From a virus (lineage: Duplodnaviria > Caudoviricetes): a stretch of DNA of 64,000 nucleotides. Of this stretch, positions 19,424 through 28,867 are shown piece by piece. The stretch's first letter is position 1; each line of letters begins with the position of its first letter. The notes beneath the pieces are model-generated. The model searched no databases. It saw nothing but the letters and a program-made list of their open reading frames with translations, and was not told where the DNA came from. Position numbers and translations under genes: made by a program. Location: positions 32,001 to 96,000 of the IMG/VR virus record IMGVR_UViG_3300014204_000128. One strand, given 5' to 3'.

Positions 19424-19984
19424 ATGTACTATGTAATAAACTATATAATACTAAATAACATGCTAGACTTCGCATATTCACATGACTCAGATATAAATAA
19501 CGAGTACAGGAAATTACAGTTATCAGGTAAACACAAGGGTGCATTCTCATGCGGATACACAAGGTACAGTATTGATATAGAAAGCACGGACTGGAATACT
19601 ATCCAGATGGTATCAATGAATGGTGACAGGTTCAACGGTTACTTCGAAGCACAACTAAGAAGGGATTCTAACAGGGTTTCATCATTGTTCATATTCAGTG
19701 TTGAAGATGGTAACAAGTTGACGTACGGGAGGGATCTGGTAAGTTTCTTCAAACTGCTACTAGGTAGGTTCAACAAGGTAAATTTCAACGTCAACGTTGG
19801 TCATTACATGGAGGAAGTATACGACAGGATAGTAGAAAGACTAGGTGGTCGTGTCGTTGGTATCTATAAAGACCACGTGACGTTGCCTAACGGTAAACTG
19901 GTAGATAAGAAGGTGTACGAGATAATGTGCAACGATAATACTCCAGAGATAAAGAAAGAAGAAAATAAGACAATGGAATGTTAA
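19424..19984 (+). CDS. GNAT-fold (RimJ/RimL-like) protein
   Basis: FNKVNFNVNVG...YDRIVERLGGRVVG...NGKLVDKKVYEI. Confidence 0.6.
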   Translation: MYYVINYIILNNMLDFAYSHDSDINNEYRKLQLSGKHKGAFSCGYTRYSIDIESTDWNTIQMVSMNGDRFNGYFEAQLRRDSNRVSSLFIFSVEDGNKLTYGRDLVSFFKLLLGRFNKVNFNVNVGHYMEEVYDRIVERLGGRVVGIYKDHVTLPNGKLVDKKVYEIMCNDNTPEIKKEENKTMEC

Positions 19985-20040
19985 ACAAAATATGTACAGG
20001 GAAGTGTTTGGTGTATAAACAAGATGTAAAAATATTTTCT

Positions 20041-20113
20041 AAATTCCTTCAATATTTGTATTAAATATCGTAACATTTCATATCTTTGTAACGTTAAAAC
20101 AGTATAGAACGAA
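20041..20113 (+). promoter_or_regulatory. Repeated early-promoter module, copy 3
   Basis: Near-identical to 10961-11034; -7 element is TATCTTTG. Confidence 0.75.
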
Positions 20114-20190
20114 ACACAATACTAATTATTATTAAAACTTAGAAATCATGTCAGCAACTTAACGATCATAATTATCTCGGGTGTGGGGTT

Positions 20191-20406
20191 GTGAACTATT
20201 TCCGTGTAGACCCAAGAAATATAATCAAACAAATACCTGAAATCATTAATCACTATGAAATATTCAAATCAAAATACGGTGATAAACTTACCAACTGGGT
20301 ATGGTCTGAAAGGTCAATATCAGACATGGAAGAGTTGGAAAGTAGTGATATCGAATTTGATTTCACGCTTATAGGTACTGAATTAGTAGAAAAACTTCTA
20401 TCATGA
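20191..20406 (+). CDS. Hypothetical protein (possibly a 5'-truncated fragment)
   Basis: GTG start; the ATG after the promoter (20148) ends after 4 codons. Confidence 0.4.
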   Translation: MNYFRVDPRNIIKQIPEIINHYEIFKSKYGDKLTNWVWSERSISDMEELESSDIEFDFTLIGTELVEKLLS

Positions 20407-20594
20407 AAACAATAATAGTAACATCGAAAATGATAATGTCAGTAGCATGTAGTTTGAAGAATTACTGGTTAGACATGGCTGACATCTTTATAGGGTTGAT
20501 CATGATAATGGTGGCATCATTGTTTACCATGTCATGGTGTGTAAACGGTTTCGACCGTTACATCTTGACTATACTGGAAAGTTTTAATATCTGA
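20403..20594 (+). CDS. Small membrane protein
   Basis: Hydrophobic segment DIFIGLIMIMVASLFTMSW. Confidence 0.45.
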   Translation: MKTIIVTSKMIMSVACSLKNYWLDMADIFIGLIMIMVASLFTMSWCVNGFDRYILTILESFNI

Positions 20595-20634
20595 TAGAAT
20601 AATACTTTTCAGTAAATTATTTATTAGTAAATAG

Positions 20635-20664
20635 TTTGTATTTAAAAAGTATTTACTATATTTG
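20635..20664 (+). promoter_or_regulatory. Bacteroidota-type promoter at the start of the island
   Basis: TTTG, 18 nt, TATATTTG. Confidence 0.55.
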
Positions 20665-20726
20665 TAATGTGAATATATCACAACCCAATGACTGAAGGGA
20701 AAAGAAGTTAGATAAAACTTACCACA

Positions 20727-21290
20727 ATGAATGCAACTATTAAAACAATCAGCATTGAAGCATTAGCTGAAAAAATCAACGGAAAATTATGGGTTAAAGG
20801 TGATGTAAAACGTATCTATTTAGATTGCGGTTACAACACAAATAAAATGTCAACCAAAACTTATGTATTCCAACGCCAAGACGGAACATTCGGAGTTAGT
20901 TGCACTGTTGACTGTCCAAGTCAAGACCCTGCTTGGATTAACTCACAAGAGGAAGCGATTGTAAATCCTTTAATGGAACAAATCAATGAAGTTATTGAGG
21001 AGTTTGGACACGAAATTGAAAACCCTGCAATTGAAATAAAAGCTACATTAGATGCAGAAGAGCAAGTTCAGGGCTATTATATGAGATGGCACGAGGTAAG
21101 AGTTGCAATTAACTCTTATGGAAAATTAGCTTATCGTAAACGTCAAAAAGTTCACACCTATAAAGGGGCGGGTTCAAAAACTCCTTCTGGTTTTATCGCT
21201 TTAAATGATAATCATTTTGCACAAGCACTTGAAATTGAAAGCAAAGAAAGTTTATTTGAATTTGGTCAAACTCCAAACTTTAAAGACTAA
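20727..21290 (+). CDS. Hypothetical protein (island)
   Basis: 187 aa; GKLWVKGDVKRIYL motif. Confidence 0.65.
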   Translation: MNATIKTISIEALAEKINGKLWVKGDVKRIYLDCGYNTNKMSTKTYVFQRQDGTFGVSCTVDCPSQDPAWINSQEEAIVNPLMEQINEVIEEFGHEIENPAIEIKATLDAEEQVQGYYMRWHEVRVAINSYGKLAYRKRQKVHTYKGAGSKTPSGFIALNDNHFAQALEIESKESLFEFGQTPNFKD

Positions 21291-21571
21291 TGATAAAATC
21301 AGTCAATATAAAGTTTGAAAAATTACTACACGATACGGGCAAGGCAATACTTGTCCGTATCAATGGGGCTGAACATTGGATACCAAAGAAACTTTGCAGA
21401 AAATTGATTGTAAATAATAAGATGGGAGGCAACGTATGTATTCCAACATTCATAGCTGAGCAAATTGGATTTGATATAGAAGATTGCAGCCCTGATGTAG
21501 AAGTAATTCATCACATACCTGAAGCACAAGACAAAGCAAATATAAAGCACGATGCAGACCTTTTTAGATAG
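21290..21571 (+). CDS. Hypothetical protein (island)
   Basis: DTGKAILV...HWIPKK. Confidence 0.6.
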   Translation: MIKSVNIKFEKLLHDTGKAILVRINGAEHWIPKKLCRKLIVNNKMGGNVCIPTFIAEQIGFDIEDCSPDVEVIHHIPEAQDKANIKHDADLFR

Positions 21572-22748
21572 CCAAATAAAAGCAATTGATAAATTGAACG
21601 CTGTTAAGTGCGGTGCTTTATTTATGGAGGCTGGCACAGGCAAAACACGTTCGGCTTTAGAACTCATAAAAAATACTGATGCCGATTACATATTGTGGTT
21701 TACTCCATTTCAAACAAAGGAAAATTTACAGGCTGAAATAAATAAATGGGGCGGATTAGATTGTGATATTGTTGGCATTGAAAGCATTCAAAACAGCGAT
21801 AGAATTTATTTAGAACTTTCTCAAAAATGCGAACAAGCTAAAAAGGCATTTATTGTTGTTGACGAAAGTCTGAAGATAAAAAACTCTGATGCCAATAGAA
21901 CACAACGCCTTTTGCAATTGGCTGAAAAATCAGCTTATCGTATAATATTGAATGGAACACCGTTGAGCCGAAACTTGCTTGACCTGTGGTCGCAAATGGA
22001 ATTTCTTTCTCCAAAAATTCTAAAGATGGGATTGGCAGAGTTTAAAAATACCTTCTGCGAATACATAAAAGTAACCTATCATTTACAAGGCTTTGGAATG
22101 TCTTACTCAAAAGAGTTTATCAAAAAATATCACAACATTGATTATCTCTATTCATTGATTGAGCCGTTTATTTTTGAAAGCAAACTATCATTGAGTATTG
22201 GGCAGCAGCATATTGATATTGATTATAGTTTAACTGATGAAGAAAAGGCACAACACGACAAACTGAAAGAAAAGTATTTAGATAATGAATATTTGCTTGC
22301 AAAGAACAACAATATCTTTTTGGAAATTACCCAAAAGATGCAGCATAATTATTCTTTAAGCCATTCAAAATTTGAGATAGTAGATAAGTTGTTGTCAGAA
22401 ATTGACAAGTCAAAAGTTTTGATTTACGCAAAGTATATAGACACTCAGGAGCAACTTTCAAAGCACTATAAAGATGTTCGTATAATGAGCCTACAAAAAC
22501 ACTCATACGGTTTGAATTTGCAGGATTACAACGCAATAGTTTTTTGGGATAAGACTTGGGATTATGCCCAGCGTGAACAAATTGAAAGGAGAATATTCCG
22601 CACCGGGCAAATATCAAATTGCGTTTACTATGATTTAACTGGAAATGTTGGACTTGAAGGAATGATAAATCAAAACATTGAACGTAAAAGAAACTTACTT
22701 GATGTATTTGCAGAAATGAGTGTTGAACAATTAAGAAAAAAATTATGA
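21552..22748 (+). CDS. Compact SNF2-family helicase
   Basis: FMEAGTGKT, VVDESLKIKN, LNGTP, DLWSQMEFL, YGLNLQ, QIERRIFRTGQ. Confidence 0.85.
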   Translation: MQTFLDSQIKAIDKLNAVKCGALFMEAGTGKTRSALELIKNTDADYILWFTPFQTKENLQAEINKWGGLDCDIVGIESIQNSDRIYLELSQKCEQAKKAFIVVDESLKIKNSDANRTQRLLQLAEKSAYRIILNGTPLSRNLLDLWSQMEFLSPKILKMGLAEFKNTFCEYIKVTYHLQGFGMSYSKEFIKKYHNIDYLYSLIEPFIFESKLSLSIGQQHIDIDYSLTDEEKAQHDKLKEKYLDNEYLLAKNNNIFLEITQKMQHNYSLSHSKFEIVDKLLSEIDKSKVLIYAKYIDTQEQLSKHYKDVRIMSLQKHSYGLNLQDYNAIVFWDKTWDYAQREQIERRIFRTGQISNCVYYDLTGNVGLEGMINQNIERKRNLLDVFAEMSVEQLRKKL

Positions 22749-24019
22749 ATGTTTACGAAGCTACACAGCAACGATTAAAGATAATATTTTCAGAGTTTGA
22801 TAACGTTTATGTTTCATTCTCTGGCGGCAAGGATAGTGGAGTATTACTAAACCTTTGCATTGACTATATACGCCAGCATAATTTGAATATAAAACTCGGA
22901 GTTTTCCATTTAGATTATGAAGCTCAATACCAAATGACAACCGAATATGTCAATAAAACACTTGCTGAAAATACTGATATACTTGAAGTTTATCGTTGTT
23001 GCGTTCCTTTTAAGGTTGCCACATGCACGTCAATGCACCAAAATTACTGGCGACCTTGGGAAGAATCAAAACAAGATATTTGGGTTAGTAAAATGCCTGA
23101 GAATTGCTTTACAAAAAAGGACTTTTCATATTTTAAACCTACTATGTGGGATTATGAGTTTCAGGAACGATTTAGCCAATGGCTTCACGAACGAAACAGA
23201 GCAAAAAAAACATGTTGTCTTGTAGGCATCCGCACACAGGAAAGTCTTAATCGTTGGCGTGCTATTCACAGTGACCGCAATTACAAAAAATACAATGGTT
23301 TGAATTGGACAAAAGAAATGTACGAAAATGTTTATAATGCTTATCCTATATACGATTGGATCACAACTGATGTGTGGACAGCAAACGGGCGTTTTAAATG
23401 GGATTACAATAAACTTTATGACTTATATTATAAGGCTGGAGTTGGTATAGAACAACAAAGAGTTGCAAGTCCTTTTCTTTCAACCGCTCAAGGAAGCCTT
23501 AAACTTTATAAAATAATTGAACCTAACACATGGGGTAAACTAATAAGCCGTGTGAATGGCGTTAATTTTACGGGCTTATATGGTGGAACAACTGCAATGG
23601 GTTGGAATACAATTAAACTGCCCAAAGGCCACACGTGGGAAAGTTATATGTACTTTCTTTTAAGCACATTACCTGAAGAAACCAAGGCTAATTATTTAGA
23701 TAAACTTTCAACAAGCATGAGGTTTTGGCGTGAAAAAGGCGGTGTTCTTTCATCATTAACCATTGATAAGTTAAAGAAGTCAGGTATTAAATTTGAAGTT
23801 GGAAAAACAACCAATTATAATACTTCAAAGTTGCCTGTTAAAATGGATTACATTGATGAAATTGATATTGCAGAAGCTAAAGAAATACCAACGTTTAAAA
23901 GAATGTGTATTTGCATTATGAAAAACGACCATTTGTGTAAATACATGGGATTTACTCTCACAAAAAACGAAATGGCCAGACGTAAGAATATTATCGAAAA
24001 ATATAAACCATTATTATGA
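22745..24019 (+). CDS. IbrA/YbdN-like PAPS-reductase-family protein (DUF3440)
   Basis: PP-loop VSFSGGKDS, VGIRTQESLNR, YPIYDW, RVNGVNF, KNDHLCK. Confidence 0.88.
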   Translation: MNVYEATQQRLKIIFSEFDNVYVSFSGGKDSGVLLNLCIDYIRQHNLNIKLGVFHLDYEAQYQMTTEYVNKTLAENTDILEVYRCCVPFKVATCTSMHQNYWRPWEESKQDIWVSKMPENCFTKKDFSYFKPTMWDYEFQERFSQWLHERNRAKKTCCLVGIRTQESLNRWRAIHSDRNYKKYNGLNWTKEMYENVYNAYPIYDWITTDVWTANGRFKWDYNKLYDLYYKAGVGIEQQRVASPFLSTAQGSLKLYKIIEPNTWGKLISRVNGVNFTGLYGGTTAMGWNTIKLPKGHTWESYMYFLLSTLPEETKANYLDKLSTSMRFWREKGGVLSSLTIDKLKKSGIKFEVGKTTNYNTSKLPVKMDYIDEIDIAEAKEIPTFKRMCICIMKNDHLCKYMGFTLTKNEMARRKNIIEKYKPLL

Positions 24020-24531
24020 TGAAATCACCAGTTTACAACGTAAAGGCTGTGCCAATTGAAAAGATACACGCCAATAGTTACAATCCTAATTCAGTTGCTC
24101 CACCCGAAATGAAGCTATTGTATCAGTCTATTAAAGAAGATGGATATACGATGCCTATTGTATGTTATTATATATCTGAAACAGATAGTTATGAAATTGT
24201 AGACGGTTATCATAGATATACTGTTATGCTTACCCATAAGGATATTTATGAGAGAGAAAAGGGATTAATGCCTGTAGTTGTGATAGAAAAGGACGAATCT
24301 AATAGAATGGCATCAACAATACGACATAATAGAGCAAGAGGTAGCCACAATATTGAATTGATGAGTAATATAGTATCTGAACTCACTAAAGCAGGAATGA
24401 GTGATGCTTGGATATTAAAAAATATTGGCATGGATGCGGATGAGTTATTGAGATTAAAACAAATAACAGGACTTGCATCATTATTTTCAGACAAAGAATT
24501 TTCCCGTAGTTGGGAAGTAGATAAACCCTGA
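24016..24531 (+). CDS. IbrB/YbdM-like ParB/sulfiredoxin-family protein
   Basis: ANSYNPNSVAPPEM, DGYTMPIV, IVDGYHR, ASTIRHNRARG. Confidence 0.88.
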   Translation: MMKSPVYNVKAVPIEKIHANSYNPNSVAPPEMKLLYQSIKEDGYTMPIVCYYISETDSYEIVDGYHRYTVMLTHKDIYEREKGLMPVVVIEKDESNRMASTIRHNRARGSHNIELMSNIVSELTKAGMSDAWILKNIGMDADELLRLKQITGLASLFSDKEFSRSWEVDKP

Positions 24532-24608
24532 TTTTACTGTGGTAAGTTTTATAGGGCTGGCGAAGTGGGGAGGATGCTAGTTGCTCCCTTATTAAATAAA
24601 ATAACAAA

Positions 24609-24755
24609 ATGAAAACAAAAAAAGTAACAATTAGTCTTACTCAAGAACAGCAGGACAAAGCAAAAAAAGACAGTACAAGGGTGTTTGGTAAAGAAAACCT
24701 TTCCGGGTATATCCAGGTTTTAATACAAAAAGGTTCTGAAAAGATAAACAGGTAG
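24609..24755 (+). CDS. Ribbon-helix-helix-like small regulator (48 aa, not in ORF track)
   Basis: MKTKKVTISLTQEQQDKAKKDS...NLSGYIQVLI shows the RHH strand-helix-helix pattern. Confidence 0.5.
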   Translation: MKTKKVTISLTQEQQDKAKKDSTRVFGKENLSGYIQVLIQKGSEKINR

Positions 24756-25436
24756 TATAATAAGGTCATTGTTCAAAATAGAATAATAACGTACGTATTT
24801 AAGTAGTGCTAACATTTAATATATAAATATGGCAAAAAGTAATGAAAATTTAGTCGAATTGGGTGAAGACAAGCCAGAGTTCTCTAAGAACGTCGCATTA
24901 GGTCTAGTAAGAAACACCGAACAGGATCAGCGTATTTGACAGTGGTCAGTAGTGAATTCTTGCCTAACGGGCAAAGTAAATCAGTAAATACATCAAGTAA
25001 TAGAACTGAAACTAAATTAGCTGATTAGTATGTTTAAGAATAAGAAATTAACTATGTTTTTGACAGACACTGAAACAGGTAATACGGTGAACTGTGAAAC
25101 AAACTTGGAAGAGATGTTGGAAACTTCCGAAAAGACAGGTACTAATACATTAATATCCGTTGTATCAGCAATGGTAGAACAATTAGATAACTTTAAAAAG
25201 GAAGGATAATGTTATGGTTGTATGAAAAAGTAGGTCCTACTACTGTATTTATATTCAAGTGTTTTATATTTATAATACCATTTGCAAAAGCTTGGAATTG
25301 TAGATAACACATTGAGTAAACAAACAACGTAATACATCGTATAACCTGGTGTATTAAGTTCATTGATAAAGTAGGGGTATTACTAGAAAATAAATATTTT
25401 GTATATTCGTGGTTCCATACCACGTTGTATACACAG

Positions 25437-25536
25437 AAACAATACTGCTAGGACAGTCACAGGACGTGATGGTAACAGGCTGGTGAAACCCGGGAGCATC
25501 TAATGTAACTCGGGCATATCCGAAGCAGTATTGTTT
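25437..25536. ncRNA. Putative structured RNA
   Basis: GC-rich intergenic island closed by a 13-bp stem AAACAATACTGCT/AGCAGTATTGTTT, with internal stems CAGTC/GGCTG and CCCGGG/CTCGGG. Confidence 0.45.
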
Positions 25537-25573
25537 TCAATATAAAATTATTAATATATTAATGTTTTAAATA

Positions 25574-26194
25574 ATGAACGAAGAGAACTTAATACTCAAT
25601 GAAACGGAAGTCAGAAACTCCAATTTAGATAATGTCATTGCACTCATGTGCTCAAATGGCCTAACTGATTACACGGAACTAGTAAAGGGAAAGAACGCAC
25701 TAGATACACTCGCAATTACGTGTTGCTTCTTAGGATCTAAGAACATTGCTGAAAAATCAACAGAAGGATACATGGTGATAGACTTGCCATCACTCGGTTA
25801 CAGGTTAGATAATGTAATAGTTTCTAAAAACTCTGAACATGGGCCAAACGTTCTTTATACAATTGTTTCTTTCAGACTTGTCAAGATATACCATGTGATT
25901 AGTTATAAGAACTCTACTGACGGGGTTCTCTCTTTATTCAATCATAAAAATAAAGGGTATACACGTGACTTACGAGTAGCTGGTATCTATACTGAAGAAG
26001 ATATTAAGCATAGTTTAGACTATTACCATAATGGTAACAACGTATGTATTCGCACTAACAAATTGTATTCTCACTTCACTTCTGCACATATTGTAGATTA
26101 CATGAAGTTACCTGAATTAGATTACACAGTAAGTAAAAAGGTACTAGAGGTTTCAGACATGGGAAGTTCAACGGAAACAGAAAAAAGTGAATAA
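25574..26194 (+). CDS. Hypothetical protein
   Basis: 206 aa; KGYTRDLRVAGIYT motif. Confidence 0.6.
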   Translation: MNEENLILNETEVRNSNLDNVIALMCSNGLTDYTELVKGKNALDTLAITCCFLGSKNIAEKSTEGYMVIDLPSLGYRLDNVIVSKNSEHGPNVLYTIVSFRLVKIYHVISYKNSTDGVLSLFNHKNKGYTRDLRVAGIYTEEDIKHSLDYYHNGNNVCIRTNKLYSHFTSAHIVDYMKLPELDYTVSKKVLEVSDMGSSTETEKSE

Positions 26195-26801
26195 AATAAA
26201 CTTACTAAAATTAGTAGCAAGGGCAACTTTATTGTTGTCCTTGTTATTTACTCACAGTTGTAACGAAACTGTCGAGAAACGGCCAGAGAAACGTATTGTG
26301 TACAAAACGGTACACGTTCGCAGAACTCTATTATACAATAAACAGGACTACGAAGAACTAGTATCTAAACTAAAGGAGTGGGAATCATTTAGGGGGAATT
26401 TGTTCATAGGTTGCGCAGGAGAACGACTCATAGGATATGGTCACTTGGTTAGATGGAAAGACAAGCATAAATTCAGGAACGGAATAACAGAAATACAGGC
26501 TGACAGTATACTCAGGTCAGACATAAACTACTTTATAAAGTACTCTTACAAGAAGACAGGCTTCAGTGGTAAGAAACTGCTAGCTGTTTCATCTCTAGTG
26601 TTCAACTCTGGAACTGCAAAATTCACACGGTCTAAACTGTACAAATACATGATGTGTAATAATGACTCAACAGGCATGACGTGGTTATCGTGGTGTAAGT
26701 ACAAGAATAACAAAAAGTGGGTCACTAGTGAACACTTGAAGAAAAGAAGGGTCTGGGAAGTAGAAACGTATAATAGTTGTAAAACAAATAAAAACAGATA
26801 G
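26187..26801 (+). CDS. Phage lysozyme (GH24)-like protein with an N-terminal signal
   Basis: IGYGH, GITEIQADSILRSD, AVSSLVFNSG, LKKRRVWE; hydrophobic N-terminus ending THSC. Confidence 0.8.
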   Translation: MNKINLLKLVARATLLLSLLFTHSCNETVEKRPEKRIVYKTVHVRRTLLYNKQDYEELVSKLKEWESFRGNLFIGCAGERLIGYGHLVRWKDKHKFRNGITEIQADSILRSDINYFIKYSYKKTGFSGKKLLAVSSLVFNSGTAKFTRSKLYKYMMCNNDSTGMTWLSWCKYKNNKKWVTSEHLKKRRVWEVETYNSCKTNKNR

Positions 26802-26983
26802 TATACGGGCAACATTAAGAAAGACTTGATCGTGTTATTAAAAAGCAGGTACTCAGATTTAAATGCAGAATTAAAAACTAAGTTGAAAAGTGTTCCATCT
26901 GACACTAGTTATGTAGAGGGTCAGATAGCCGAAATAAATAATATTGCAGCAAGATTTGAAATACAACTAAAGGGTAAGTAACA

Positions 26984-27364
26984 ATGATTATAGCTGTAGA
27001 CTTCGATGGTACTCTAGTCAGTCATGAATATCCTGAAATAGGTAAACCATACGATGACGTTTTCAAGTTGTGTATCACTCTTAAAAGTATGGGTCATGAA
27101 CTCATATTATTCACGTGTAGAGAGGATTACATATGTGGAAGACCACTGTTATCTGACGCAGTTTCATTTTGTAATAAGAAGGGTCTGTTTTTCGATGCAG
27201 TGAATGAAAACTTGGAAAGACATAAGAATATGGGTATACTATGCAGGAAACCAGTCTGGGATATACTAATTGATGATACAGCAGGTTTCGAACCATCAAA
27301 GTGGGCAGATATACTAGATACTGTCTTAAACAAGAAAACGTATATAAACTCAATAGACATATAA
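26984..27364 (+). CDS. HAD-superfamily hydrolase
   Basis: IIAVDFDGTL, LFTCR, FDAVNEN, ILIDD. Confidence 0.85.
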   Translation: MIIAVDFDGTLVSHEYPEIGKPYDDVFKLCITLKSMGHELILFTCREDYICGRPLLSDAVSFCNKKGLFFDAVNENLERHKNMGILCRKPVWDILIDDTAGFEPSKWADILDTVLNKKTYINSIDI

Positions 27365-27367
27365 AAC

Positions 27368-27715
27368 ATGGGTTCATGGGTATCTCCATATTCTGGTAAG
27401 GGTACTACAAGTAGGTACACGCTGGAGAAGGTAGGTGTCTACTTCATACGTGACAAGTACACGAAGGAGATAGTGTACATTGGTATGTCAAGAAGTTCAC
27501 TGTATAAAGCATCATACAGGCATTTCCAGAATTGGAATACCAGTGTGGGGTACAGGGTAGTGTATTCAGACAGAAATGGGTATGAAATTAGATATATATT
27601 CATGGATAAGCGTCTGGTGAAGAGAACAGAAAAACGTTTGATACACAAGTTCAAACCACGAGATAACAAGGAAAGGTACGAGTATGACAAGCAAGAAGAG
27701 CATTGTCCATTTTAA
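27368..27715 (+). CDS. GIY-YIG nuclease-domain protein
   Basis: GVYFI...VYIGMS...EKRLI..KPRDN. Confidence 0.75.
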   Translation: MGSWVSPYSGKGTTSRYTLEKVGVYFIRDKYTKEIVYIGMSRSSLYKASYRHFQNWNTSVGYRVVYSDRNGYEIRYIFMDKRLVKRTEKRLIHKFKPRDNKERYEYDKQEEHCPF

Positions 27716-27733
27716 CTTAATACAAATTTAATC

Positions 27734-28867
27734 ATGGCAAAAACAAACAAGGTAACGCCTATTTCTGAACTAAGGAAAGCATATGGGAGACCAGAAACAC
27801 AGTATTATGATACTGGTATCTTCTTATTGAATGACATTTGGGGAGGAGGTTTGCCTACGGGTAAGATAATAGAAATACACTCAGGTGAGGGTCTTGGTAA
27901 GACTACAATCATGCTACAGGCATGTAAGTCATTGATAGCGAAACATAACTTGAAGGTGGCTTACTTAGACGTAGAGAACGCATTAGATATATCATTAAGG
28001 AGCAATTTGGGCATAGTACCATACGAAAGTAATGACGCTGTTGAACCATCTTTCGCTTACCTGTGCCCTTTCACGTACGATGAGGTGTCTAAGACACTAA
28101 ACATACTCACTCGGGGTAATTATGATATCATAATCTATGATTCAATAGCCAATACAAGCCTGGACGTGGATGACTCAGAGGAAGAAGATTTCAAGATAAG
28201 CAAGAAACTGGGACAGCACGCATTACTACAGGGTGAGTTATTGAAGATGTTCAAGGGAAGACTAGCACGGTCTGGTAAAACACTGGTAATAATAAACCAG
28301 ATGAGAACTAATATCATTACTAATCCTATGAAAGCTAAGCATGCACCCGAATTGAAGCCTGCTGGTGGTAAGGTTCTAGACCATAATTTCGATATAAGAA
28401 CATCTATAGAACGTGTGGAGTGGATATTCGATGACAGCAAGGTTAAGATGGGGGCTAAACTCAGGTTAACTACAATAAAGAACAAGGTGGCTCCTCCATA
28501 TAGACAAGTAGAACTGGAACTAATATTCGGGTGGGGTATCAACAAGATAACTACACTCTGTACAGTACTGGTGAATAAGAATATCGCTGTACGTACCGGG
28601 GCTGTTTATACTCTGCCTAATACTGTGAAATGTGTAGGTCTTGAGAAGTTGAAAGACTATATCCGCGAAAACTACGCATTGTGCTTGTCATTCGTCGGTG
28701 ATAGTTCATATCAAGTGAACATACTAGGAGAGAAGATAGAAGAAGGGGCAGCCGTAGATAAAACAGCAGACGGGAAGGAAATAGTCATAAAGGAGGATGC
28801 CGAAACGGGCGGGGTCTCGTATAATGAACTGGAAGAATCATTTAAACAACCAACCAAAAGAAGATGA
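27734..28867 (+). CDS. recA: RecA/UvsX-like recombinase
   Basis: GGGLPTGKIIEIHSGEGLGKTT, YLDVENALD, IIYDS, INQMR, KNKVAPPYR. Confidence 0.9.
   Translation: MAKTNKVTPISELRKAYGRPETQYYDTGIFLLNDIWGGGLPTGKIIEIHSGEGLGKTTIMLQACKSLIAKHNLKVAYLDVENALDISLRSNLGIVPYESNDAVEPSFAYLCPFTYDEVSKTLNILTRGNYDIIIYDSIANTSLDVDDSEEEDFKISKKLGQHALLQGELLKMFKGRLARSGKTLVIINQMRTNIITNPMKAKHAPELKPAGGKVLDHNFDIRTSIERVEWIFDDSKVKMGAKLRLTTIKNKVAPPYRQVELELIFGWGINKITTLCTVLVNKNIAVRTGAVYTLPNTVKCVGLEKLKDYIRENYALCLSFVGDSSYQVNILGEKIEEGAAVDKTADGKEIVIKEDAETGGVSYNELEESFKQPTKRR

Noticed and set aside
10961-20113. Repeats as a CRISPR array
   Set aside because: The copies are kilobases apart, precede genes and contain promoter elements; there is no spacer periodicity and no cas gene.
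24550-24592. ZTP riboswitch-like CTGGCGAAGTGGG
   Set aside because: Only a short partial match; the remaining conserved stem and pseudoknot are not evident.
25437-25536. Hammerhead ribozyme (CTGGTGA...CGAA)
   Set aside because: The core deviates from CUGANGA/GAAA and stem II is not adjacent to the core; kept only as an unclassified structured RNA.
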